A DNA stretch of 64,000 bases from Microgenomates group bacterium (GTDB lineage: Bacteria > Patescibacteriota > Microgenomatia > UBA12405), in NCBI GenBank assembly GCA_049303675.1, contig JBAQNJ010000001.1, positions 536,711 through 600,710 on the forward strand, in the 5' to 3' direction. A program made the position numbers and the translations under genes. Shown here in pieces: positions 56,628 through 64,000 of this stretch; the first letter of the stretch is position 1, and every line of letters begins with the position of its first letter. The notes below the pieces were generated by a model. That model was not told where the DNA came from, searched no databases, and worked only from the letters and a program-made list of their open reading frames with translations.

Positions 56628-57740
56628 ATGCGCCGCCAATATCTCTGGTATTCACTAATATTCATATCAATCCTCATTATCTTCGGGGCACTTTATGGTA
56701 TTTTTAGCCTCAAAAAAATTATCGTTAGCCCTATCGCTCCAACCCCACTGCCTACCTCAATTCTACCTACGCCCACCTCTGATCCAGATGCTGAGTTCTC
56801 AGTTCTCTTGCTCGGTTATGGCGGCGGTCTGCATGATGGCGGTGCCCTAACTGATTCAATTATCCTTGCCAATATTCGTCCTCACGACCGGAAAATCAGT
56901 CTCATCTCTATTCCTCGTGACCTTTGGGTAGAATTGCCAGTCGGTACTAGTACCCCCTATTTTTCCAAACTAAATTCCGCCTATCCCTATGGCAATGACG
57001 ACAAAAAATTCCCCGACAAACTGCCCCAATTTACCGGTCCTGCCGGCGGCGGCCAAATGGTTTCCTCAGTTGTCTCCCAAGTCACCGGCAAAACAGTTAA
57101 CTATTTTTTAGCCGTTGATTTTGCCGGTTTTACCAAAGCTGTCGATGTCTTGGGTGGGATTGATCTGCGGATCACTCAGCCTTTTACCGACAAATTTTAT
57201 CCCCTCGAAATCGGTACCACCGATACCTGCGGCAAGTCAGGAGAAGAGATTATCGCCCTCGAAGCCACCATGTCCGGTGACAAACTGGATCAGCAGTTTA
57301 CCTGTCGTTACGAAACACTGGCTTTTTCGGTAGGTACTACTCATTTGGATGGCGCCACTGCTCTCAAATTCGCCCGTTCCCGCCACTCTGAGTTTGACGG
57401 GGGGGACTTCAATCGCAGCAGTCGCCAGCGTCAAGTTATCTTAGCTATCAAATCTAGGGTAATTAATTTCAACTTTATTAGTAAAATCATCCCCCTACTT
57501 CGGACTTTATCGTCTCACCTCCGCACCAATATTCCCTTATCAACGATGGAGTCTCACTTATCTCGGGCCAGTGAGTTTTCTCAATATCAGGTGACCTCTG
57601 TTTCACTTAATGACAAAAATGTTCTCCTCCAAAGTTTCCAAAATCGCCAGTCAGTTCTCATACCCACCGGTGGGGTGAATAATTATTCTGAAATAATCCA
57701 ATATATTCTCGATCAGCAAACCACAAATTCTAAATTCTAA
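56628..57740 (+). CDS. LytR-CpsA-Psr (LCP) family protein
   Basis: N-terminal TM helix. LLLGYGGG...DSIILANIRP...ISIPRDLWVELP matches the LCP core. Confidence 0.85.
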   Translation: MRRQYLWYSLIFISILIIFGALYGIFSLKKIIVSPIAPTPLPTSILPTPTSDPDAEFSVLLLGYGGGLHDGGALTDSIILANIRPHDRKISLISIPRDLWVELPVGTSTPYFSKLNSAYPYGNDDKKFPDKLPQFTGPAGGGQMVSSVVSQVTGKTVNYFLAVDFAGFTKAVDVLGGIDLRITQPFTDKFYPLEIGTTDTCGKSGEEIIALEATMSGDKLDQQFTCRYETLAFSVGTTHLDGATALKFARSRHSEFDGGDFNRSSRQRQVILAIKSRVINFNFISKIIPLLRTLSSHLRTNIPLSTMESHLSRASEFSQYQVTSVSLNDKNVLLQSFQNRQSVLIPTGGVNNYSEIIQYILDQQTTNSKF

Positions 57741-58888
57741 ATTAATCCCTTTATGGTTTTCTCAATCATCTTCGGTACCTCTTTATCCAAAATAGACGGC
57801 AGCAAGTTAGTGACACTTAGATTAGGCAAATTATATTCAAAAATAGCCTTAGCCACCGCCAATTTTATCTCAATTGTCACCTTATTAATCTTGGCACTCA
57901 GTAACCCCTTAAACATCCCAGGGTAGGCCAGAGCATTATTGATTTGATTATCATAGTCAGATCTACCGGTAGCCACTATCATTGCTCCGGCTTTTTTGGC
58001 CTCATCGGGCATTATTTCTGGACTAGGGTTGGCCATGGCAAATATAATCGGTTCTGGCGTCATTTGTTTGATCATTTCTGGGGTCAATATATTCGGTCCC
58101 GACACCCCGATAAATACATCGGCATTTTTTAATCCCTGCCCCAAAGATTCTGTTTTTGTTTGTCCTGTCAGTTTTGCCATCTCCATTTTGTATTTATCCA
58201 TCTCAGTCCGGTCCGAGGATACCAATCCCTTAGAATCAAACAATTTTATCGACTCGATTGGCAAATCAGAGGCGTGTAGCAATCTCGTAATCGCATTTCC
58301 TGCTGCCCCCGCCCCCACAACTACTACATTTATTTTTTTAAATTTTAAATTCAAAATTTTAAATTTTATATGCAGTGCTCCTCTCAGTGCTGCCAGGCAG
58401 ACTATCGCCGTCCCATGTTGATCGTCATGGACAATTGGTATATCCAATTCTTCACTCAATCTCTTTTCAATTTCAAAACAGCGTGGCGCTGAGATGTCTT
58501 CGAGGTTTATAGCGGCAAAGTTTACCGAAATCGCCTTAACTATTTTAATTATTTCCTCGGTGTCTTGGGTGTCTAGGCATATCGGAAAAGCATTTAGCCC
58601 CGCAAATTCTTTAAAGATGACACATTTCCCCTCCATTACTGGCAGTGCCGCTCTTGCCCCGATATTCCCAAATCCCAACACCGCCGTCCCATCCGATATC
58701 ACTGCCACCATCTTGCCAGCAATTGTATAGTCCCGTACTAGATCCGGATTGTCTTTGATTGCCATACATATTTTACCTACATTTGGGGTGTATATTTGCG
58801 ACAAATCGTCTCTCGTCTCTACTTTTACAGTGTTACAAATTTCTAGCTTACCAATATTTTTTTTATGTATTTCAAACGTATCGGTCAT
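57737..58888 (-). CDS. NAD(P)-dependent malic enzyme (short bacterial type)
   Basis: 383 aa. Malic enzyme N-terminal and NAD-binding (VVVGAGAAGNAI) domains. Contains an in-frame AT-rich insert encoding IKFKILNLKFKKINVV. Confidence 0.85.
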   Translation of the reverse strand: MTDTFEIHKKNIGKLEICNTVKVETRDDLSQIYTPNVGKICMAIKDNPDLVRDYTIAGKMVAVISDGTAVLGFGNIGARAALPVMEGKCVIFKEFAGLNAFPICLDTQDTEEIIKIVKAISVNFAAINLEDISAPRCFEIEKRLSEELDIPIVHDDQHGTAIVCLAALRGALHIKFKILNLKFKKINVVVVGAGAAGNAITRLLHASDLPIESIKLFDSKGLVSSDRTEMDKYKMEMAKLTGQTKTESLGQGLKNADVFIGVSGPNILTPEMIKQMTPEPIIFAMANPSPEIMPDEAKKAGAMIVATGRSDYDNQINNALAYPGMFKGLLSAKINKVTIEIKLAVAKAIFEYNLPNLSVTNLLPSILDKEVPKMIEKTIKGLI

Positions 58889-58941
58889 TTGTGAATTATA
58901 ATTTAAGTAGTGACATAGTACAATTCATATATTTCCATAAG

Positions 58942-59313
58942 ATGACAATTGATTTACCGAGGCATCATCCAATTTTAGACCAAGATAAACATCAAAATCT
59001 CAAAGATCATTATCATCTGGTTTCCACCATTCTTAGCGTTTCCCGAGAACAATTGCCCCCAGACAATGTTAACTGGATTAGTTTCTTAGAAGAATTCGTC
59101 CTCTCTCGGCTGGCCCATGCTATCGATCCTCACCCGACTGTTCAAAACAAAGCAGTCCCCCGCCTACCCCGCAAAACAATTACAGGACGTGCCAATCGTC
59201 ATAAATTAAATTTCTTATGGAATGATTTTATTTCAGTGCCAGTCGTGGACACTGAAAAATGTCTTTCCCAAATAGAAAATCTTTATATATTCTGGCAAGA
59301 GAAAAGTCATTGA
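58942..59313 (+). mobile_element. IS200/IS605-family HuH (Y1) transposase TnpA remnant, N-terminally truncated
   Basis: 123 aa from the ATG at 58942. KDHYHLVSTI resembles the HuH motif KDHIHILADI of IS608 TnpA. LWNDFISVP...IENLYIFWQEK resembles LWTNSCFISTVG...VKQYIENQ, placing the catalytic Tyr. The N-terminal beta-strands are missing. Confidence 0.5.
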
Positions 59314-60509
59314 TTATTTTTTTCTTTTAACGAAAAAAATATTTCTGTCGATATCGCCAGTCCCAGTAGCAATCCTACAAATACTCCATATCCATAGTTA
59401 ACCATGTAGGCGAATATCAACAGTAGTGGAAACTTCAACAGTTCAGTTATCAGGCTCGATCCCGAAATAGTCGTCGCTCGATTATAGGAGTTACTATATT
59501 TATTAATAATATCGGAAAAATAGGGATATCTCACATTTTCACAAATAACTAGCATTATATATGCCCCCATGGCCACCAATATATTTTTTACCGATACTTC
59601 GTTTAGCCAAAACAATCCTAAGAAAAATACACATCCCCAGTTGGCCACTTTAATTATCGTTTCACTGCTCCACCATCGCCACCACTGGTGTGATTTCATA
59701 TTGAGAATAAAAATTATTCCATGATAGAAAGTTGCCATTAGTCCAATCCAAAGTACCGCCATTCCCATATTAGTAAAGTATACCGAGCTAACTCTCCACA
59801 GCATAAAACTCGCCAAAAAAATCAAAGTTCGGTTGATTGTCACTCGGATTAGTGTGGGGTTATCTTTAAATAGTTGAAGCGAATCTCGTAGAACCCCTTT
59901 GGCTATTTTTTCTCCTCTCTGAAAATGCTTTGGTTCTACCAGCAAATCAATTAGAAATAGCGCCACTAGGCCAGCCAGTAAATCAATTCCCAAGATTATT
60001 CTAAACTGCCCATCCGTCAAATTTGCGGCAATCAAGACAGCTAGGAGTGGCCCTACTATTTTGAAAACTCTACCCGCCGCGATAAACCTACCCATAAATT
60101 TTACCCCACTTTTTTCCTCACCCAGTTCTCGGGCAGAGTCATATAGTAGAGCTTCATCTGTCCCCGACATAAAGGAGTAGGATATCGAAAATATCCCAAT
60201 CGCAATCACAAAAGCTACAAATCCATAGGCAAACATATTGAAAGTGGTGTAAATTACTGCCGTAATTATGGCGATACTCATCAATCCCTTTCGGCTCCAT
60301 TTATCAGCAAGGTAACTCGAAGGCAGTTCAGATATTATTGCCACAATCGAGAAGACGACAGCTGTCAAAAATATTTGCGTCATGGTCAATCCTCTCGACA
60401 GCATAAATAGAGTACTCACCACACTAATTAGTCTCATTTCCGACAACGCTTGTATCCAGTACGTCAGTTTAAAATTTCGCCTTAGTTTCTTCTCTCGATC
60501 AATATCCAT
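59307..60509 (-). CDS. MFS transporter
   Basis: 400 aa with about 12 TM helices, MFS-like. Confidence 0.7.
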   Translation of the reverse strand: MDIDREKKLRRNFKLTYWIQALSEMRLISVVSTLFMLSRGLTMTQIFLTAVVFSIVAIISELPSSYLADKWSRKGLMSIAIITAVIYTTFNMFAYGFVAFVIAIGIFSISYSFMSGTDEALLYDSARELGEEKSGVKFMGRFIAAGRVFKIVGPLLAVLIAANLTDGQFRIILGIDLLAGLVALFLIDLLVEPKHFQRGEKIAKGVLRDSLQLFKDNPTLIRVTINRTLIFLASFMLWRVSSVYFTNMGMAVLWIGLMATFYHGIIFILNMKSHQWWRWWSSETIIKVANWGCVFFLGLFWLNEVSVKNILVAMGAYIMLVICENVRYPYFSDIINKYSNSYNRATTISGSSLITELLKFPLLLIFAYMVNYGYGVFVGLLLGLAISTEIFFSLKEKNNQ

Positions 60510-60544
60510 CCCAAAATTATAGCAACAATGATCTATACTATTTT

Positions 60545-61195
60545 GTGAAATACCACCGACTAGCTATTGCTACTTTGCTATTGCTCGTTCCTAGCTTGGG
60601 TGTCGCTCTCCAGTTTACAAAAGATAAATCAGTAGGAGATTTGGTGGTCAAAATAGTCGATGGTGATACCTTCAAGTTGGCCAACAATCAAACCATTCGA
60701 CTGGCTAGTATTGACGCTCCCGAGACCGGTCGTTGTTATAGTCGGGAGGCCACGGAGGCACTTTCAGATTTGATACTCAATAAACGGGTAATTCTCTCCG
60801 ACCCTTACTCCGACAAATATGGCCGAATCATGGCTCTAGTTATCAGTCAAGGTCAAGTAATCAATGAAGTTCTCGTCCGCAATGGCTTTGCCGTTTACAC
60901 TTATGACAAAACTGCAGCCAAAGCAGCCCTCCAGGATGCCAATACCTACGCTCGTTCCCACAACCTTGGTATTTATAGTGACCAGTGCTCCCAAGTTGTC
61001 CCCCCAGACCTCGGTTGTGTCATCAAGGGCAATCTTGACCAGCGCGAAAATCGCCTTCTATATTCTTTTCCCAGCTGTGGCAACTACGATTTGACTGTAG
61101 TCGAAACATTTTCTGGTGATCAGTGGTTTTGTAGCGAGCAGGATGCTATCAAAGCAGGCTATGTTCGCTCAGGCAATTGTCCCGACCATCAGTAG
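60545..61195 (+). CDS. secreted thermonuclease (SNase-like) with Cys-rich C-terminal domain
   Basis: Signal peptide. VVKIVDGDTFKL...RLASIDAPE is the SNase signature. The C-terminal segment carries CVIKGN...WFCSEQDAIKAGY. Confidence 0.75.
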   Translation: MKYHRLAIATLLLLVPSLGVALQFTKDKSVGDLVVKIVDGDTFKLANNQTIRLASIDAPETGRCYSREATEALSDLILNKRVILSDPYSDKYGRIMALVISQGQVINEVLVRNGFAVYTYDKTAAKAALQDANTYARSHNLGIYSDQCSQVVPPDLGCVIKGNLDQRENRLLYSFPSCGNYDLTVVETFSGDQWFCSEQDAIKAGYVRSGNCPDHQ

Positions 61196-61801
61196 TTATT
61201 TTCTGTATATTATCGCCGTAGCGTTTCTTTGAGCCAGTGTCGTATACGGTCGTGGTTCACCCTCAAATATTTCAGCTATCTCGTGTCTATGAAGTATTTT
61301 TTCGGTTTTAAATCCTGCATTGACAAAATCTGTCTTCAAACTCTCAACCAGTTCTTCAGTCGGAGTCAACGTTTCCACTAGCACTGCCCGTCCCTCAGGT
61401 TTCAAAACCCGATAAATTTCTCTGGCAATAACTTCTCTATTTCCTACTCTTTCGATTACCATGCCATCCTTTGGCGTATCTGCCGTCTCACTATCAGCAC
61501 AAAACACATCTTTTTCCACCACCGTCTCAATTGAGCTACTGGCAAAAGGCAACGCTTGGGCTTCTGCTTGGTAATAGGGGATTACCTTTGGTCCAATTCC
61601 GTCTTCAGTTAGTCTTTTACCCCAATGCCGTTTGTCCACTAGTAGCAGTTGGCCACTTCCCACCACCTCTTCCCTCAGGTTATCCCCAATAGGATTATAT
61701 TTTGACCCAATCTCTACTATATACTTACCGCTTTTCATACAGCCTATATTATAACACGCCGATTTTTTCGAAGCTAAAGTACCTCTTATTTCTCTTCCCA
61801 C
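61196..61801 (-). CDS. class I SAM-dependent methyltransferase (degenerate motif I)
   Basis: The sequence LPFASSSIETVV...YRVLKPEGRAVLVE matches methyltransferase post-I/II/III motifs. Confidence 0.5.
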   Translation of the reverse strand: MGREIRGTLASKKSACYNIGCMKSGKYIVEIGSKYNPIGDNLREEVVGSGQLLLVDKRHWGKRLTEDGIGPKVIPYYQAEAQALPFASSSIETVVEKDVFCADSETADTPKDGMVIERVGNREVIAREIYRVLKPEGRAVLVETLTPTEELVESLKTDFVNAGFKTEKILHRHEIAEIFEGEPRPYTTLAQRNATAIIYRK

Positions 61802-62145
61802 GGACTCATTAGTTGAAAGTAGTTTCCATCAGGATCAGCCAACGTGGCAATCCATGCCCCCTCCATTTCATAAGGCGCCTTGATTTCTTTGGCCCCGACC
61901 GTTATTAATCTGTCAAATTCACCTTTGACATCGGCAGTTTCAAAATTAAACATTACTCTAGCAGGGTCTTTTGTCATTCCCTTCATTTCCGAGTGGTCAC
62001 CGATCATGAAATAAGTACTACCAGCACTAAATCCACTCCACCCTTCTTCAGTCATATCGGGATCCTTACCCAATACTTTTTTATAAAAATCTGTCATCAC
62101 TTCCAACTGTTTTGTTCCCAACATGATTGATCTCAGGTTCAACAT
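61786..62145 (-). CDS. VOC-family protein (glyoxalase/bleomycin-resistance fold)
   Basis: 119 aa with two beta-alpha-beta-beta-beta modules. The C-terminus carries DPDGNYFQL. Confidence 0.7.
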   Translation of the reverse strand: MLNLRSIMLGTKQLEVMTDFYKKVLGKDPDMTEEGWSGFSAGSTYFMIGDHSEMKGMTKDPARVMFNFETADVKGEFDRLITVGAKEIKAPYEMEGAWIATLADPDGNYFQLMSPWEEK

Positions 62146-62247
62146 AGGTATATTAAATAACTAATACTATAATAGTAGTAGTTGTAAATTCAATTGTCAA
62201 TCTGTAAGCGCAGTGGAGTGATTTTAGAACTTCAGGACGTCATTGTA

Positions 62248-63051
62248 CTACTCTTTGACTCTAGATAAATTAAATTCTTCTCTACTTAGAGGATAGTCTA
62301 AAACAATTACTTCTAAAACTACATCGGACCTCTTATCTGGATCGTCTGGCAGTTTTGTGTCAGTAGGGTTAAATTTATCTCGATTATAAATAATTAATAA
62401 AGGAAAAATGGAATGAGATTCAGCTGTTTTACCTTCTTTAACAGCCATCCCTCTGATTGCCTGTGGGTGTTGATATAGCCATTGTTCTGAGCGGTAGGGG
62501 ATTCTTTCATCATCTCTGGTAAATCCTATTTGTGGGGAGTGATCTACAGCCTTTTCTGCACCTAGTTGTAGTATCTGCGCAGGATTGGTGATTAGTTCAT
62601 CGTTTATTACAACAGGGTATCCAGACAAAGAACAAGCAACACCTCGGACCGCTATGTTTTTACCATCATATTTTTCATGTAAATATCTCACTAGTGGATT
62701 TGAAGTACAGTCCTGAATGATATTTGTCGGTGCTCCAACTCTATTGATCATGTCAAACCCAATTGATAAATCCATATCAGTTACAGGATAAACTGAAATC
62801 GGGTCATTGGCTTCAAAAAATTCTATTTTTGGGTCATCAGATCCATCAGTTTTTACAACTTTTGGTTCTCGGAGATGAAAATATGTAATCCGTTCATCCA
62901 TTTCCACAAATCTTTGAATCACTGGGACTTGTGGCGATTCAATCAATAGGGTACCTGAAGCACTATACATTCCTGGGAAGTATTCAGGTATACCTTCTTT
63001 TGATGGCACTCCATTGTCAACACATAATTTAATATCAGCAAGTTTGTTCAT
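62248..63051 (-). CDS. hypothetical protein
   Basis: 267 aa with no TM helix and no recognised domain. Adjacent to tRNA-Gln. Confidence 0.4.
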   Translation of the reverse strand: MNKLADIKLCVDNGVPSKEGIPEYFPGMYSASGTLLIESPQVPVIQRFVEMDERITYFHLREPKVVKTDGSDDPKIEFFEANDPISVYPVTDMDLSIGFDMINRVGAPTNIIQDCTSNPLVRYLHEKYDGKNIAVRGVACSLSGYPVVINDELITNPAQILQLGAEKAVDHSPQIGFTRDDERIPYRSEQWLYQHPQAIRGMAVKEGKTAESHSIFPLLIIYNRDKFNPTDTKLPDDPDKRSDVVLEVIVLDYPLSREEFNLSRVKE

Positions 63052-63131
63052 GACTATTTATCAATTCTATCAAAATTCGAATCCACGCTGGGGTGATGAG
63101 TTATAGGGATAAAATTTGTGCCTAAAAACTG

Positions 63132-63202
63132 TTACCCCGCATGGATTCGAACCACAATCACGAAGTTCAGAGCTTCGTGTCCTACCATTAGACGACGGGG
63201 TA
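63132..63202 (-). tRNA. tRNA-Gln (anticodon CUG)
   Basis: Hand-folded: acceptor TACCCCG/CGGGGTA, D-arm GTCT-AATGGTA-GGAC, anticodon stem CGAAG/CTTCG with loop CUCUGAA, T-arm TGTGG-TTCGAAT-CCATG, discriminator A. Confidence 0.8.
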
Positions 63203-63334
63203 GTAAAAGAAATCAAAGAGCTAGTGTCCTATTGTACCAGTCCGTAGCTTTAGCGAAGGATGGTTGTACCAAGCCGAAGCCTTGGCGTAGGCTGGCCATT
63301 AGACGATTTATCCGCCGTAGTTCGTAGAACGTAG
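63203..63334 (-). other. degenerate partial duplicate of the tRNA-Gln 5' half, interspersed with CTACG-rich hairpins
   Basis: Minus strand reads TACCCCGTC...ATCGTCTAATGG...GGTACAATAGGACAC, echoing the acceptor, D-arm and D-loop of tRNA-Gln. Contains hairpins GTTCTACGAAC and CCAAGGC-UUCG-GCTTGG. No T-arm or anticodon arm. Confidence 0.4.
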
Positions 63335-63387
63335 GTGGACGGGGTAATTTATATGTATTTTATCCTATTATTTAATACTTCTCCACA

Positions 63388-63424
63388 CCCCTCCTTGTCA
63401 AGGGAGGGGTCAGGGGTGGGTTTT
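63388..63424 (+). repeat. structured hairpin repeat element, copy e
   Basis: cccctccttgtcaagggagggg plus tcaggggtgggtttt. The core is near-identical to copy a. Confidence 0.75.
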
Positions 63425-63444
63425 AATGGTAAAATATACTCTAT

Positions 63445-63610
63445 GCAAAACTTTGATGAACTATCTACTCAACTAAAACTGACTCCAGTCCAAAAATCAT
63501 CAGTCGAAAAATTCTTCGGCCAAATGATTATCGAGCTCCTCGAGAGTATCAAGCAAGACAATGTCCAAAACTTCGACGAGACTATCAACTCGATAAAAAA
63601 TTCGAAATAG
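63445..63610 (+). CDS. small hypothetical protein
   Basis: The start is the internal ATG (MQNFDEL...) of ORF 63335..63610. The upstream part of that ORF is encoded by repeat copy e and is probably not translated. Confidence 0.3.
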
Positions 63611-64000
63611 TGTTTTCCTCGCCATGTCCAGCTAGTATCAAGGTATCTTTGGGCAAAGCTGTTAACTGGGCCACACTCCTTCTCAGGACAAGCATCGATG
63701 AATAGCCATGCTCAGTACTGCCAATACTACCATCGGCAAACAGGGTATCACCAGTAAACAGGCGTTGATTAGTAGCATCATGAAAACAAATCCCCCCAGG
63801 GGTATGCCCAGGAGTTTTGATTACCTTCATCTTATATTTACCCAAAATTATATTTTTGGCTATATTTAGGTCAATATCGACATGGGAAATATCCAAAGTA
63901 TTTACCTTATGTCGGAGGAATTTCTCCGCCGTACTCTTTTGTCGTTCCAGCAAGAATTTATCAAGGCTACTGACCGCAATTGGGATATTGTAAATTAATT
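63585..64000 (-). CDS. MBL-fold metallo-hydrolase (glyoxalase II-like), N-terminus beyond window end
   Basis: PGHTPGGICFH...LFTGDTLFADGSIG...AGHGE matches C-terminal MBL motifs. The frame stays open to the window edge. The TTG at 63953 is not the real start. Confidence 0.6.
   Translation of the reverse strand, partial: LIYNIPIAVSSLDKFLLERQKSTAEKFLRHKVNTLDISHVDIDLNIAKNIILGKYKMKVIKTPGHTPGGICFHDATNQRLFTGDTLFADGSIGSTEHGYSSMLVLRRSVAQLTALPKDTLILAGHGEENTISNFLSS

Noticed and set aside
63118-63327. 69-aa plus-strand ORF (MPKNCYPAWIRTT…)
   Set aside because: It lies antisense to tRNA-Gln and the structured upstream duplicate. The Arg-rich translation is typical of reading through tRNA-like GC sequence.
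1-64000. CRISPR array search
   Set aside because: The repeats found (hairpin family, heptamer arrays, AACTTTATAA arrays) lack the regular repeat-spacer periodicity of CRISPR. No cas-like genes are present.

Overview
This is a 64 kb window from a compact, AT-rich bacterial genome. It has Patescibacteria/CPR-like traits: no rpmD (L30) between rpsE and rplO, a Zn-type S14, and few Shine-Dalgarno sequences. Gram-positive-like housekeeping genes (RNase Y, LCP, separate secD/secF, DUF3048) are also present.

- **Ribosomal superoperon (0.3-17.4 kb):** tuf followed by an essentially complete S10-spc-alpha ribosomal protein operon, rpsJ through rpsI, including secY, adk, infA, rpmJ and rpoA. A DHFR-like gene and an unknown gene sit between adk and infA, where map is usually found.
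- **Housekeeping backbone (rest of window):** uppP, ppa, recA-recX, rny, hup, an ABC-2 transporter, ychF, miaA, an AI-2E transporter, secD/secF, cca, recJ, aspS, a DD-carboxypeptidase, gltX, trmD, tmk (frameshifted), cell-wall glycosylation genes (GT2-GtrA fusion, rfbA-like, LCP), pyk, malic enzyme, an MFS transporter and a thermonuclease.
- **RNA genes:** tRNA-Pro(GGG) and tRNA-Gln(CUG), both on the minus strand, and a reduced RNase P RNA (about 291 nt) on the minus strand that explains a spurious 121-aa plus-strand ORF.
- **Accessory and unusual content:**
  - A roughly 300-bp GIY-YIG mini-island at the 3' end of tRNA-Pro, flanked by 25-bp direct repeats.
  - A degenerate 5' duplicate upstream of tRNA-Gln.
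  - A family of six structured hairpin repeats (consensus CTCCCTT-loop-AAGGGAG, variable hairpin, GAGGGGTT), some overlapping CDS 3' ends.
  - A truncated IS200/IS605-type HuH transposase remnant.
  - A 26-bp direct-repeat-flanked gene cassette at the recJ 3' end.
  - Heptamer (aattcgt) arrays inside cca and upstream of recA and miaA.
  - AACTTTATAA-type spacer arrays inside the ribosomal operon.
  - A strongly SD-driven 58-aa basic protein that resembles Sul7d next to rnpB.
  - Several unexplained small gene pairs.

No CRISPR array or rRNA gene was found. All protein assignments rest on recalled family motifs read from the translations, not on searches.
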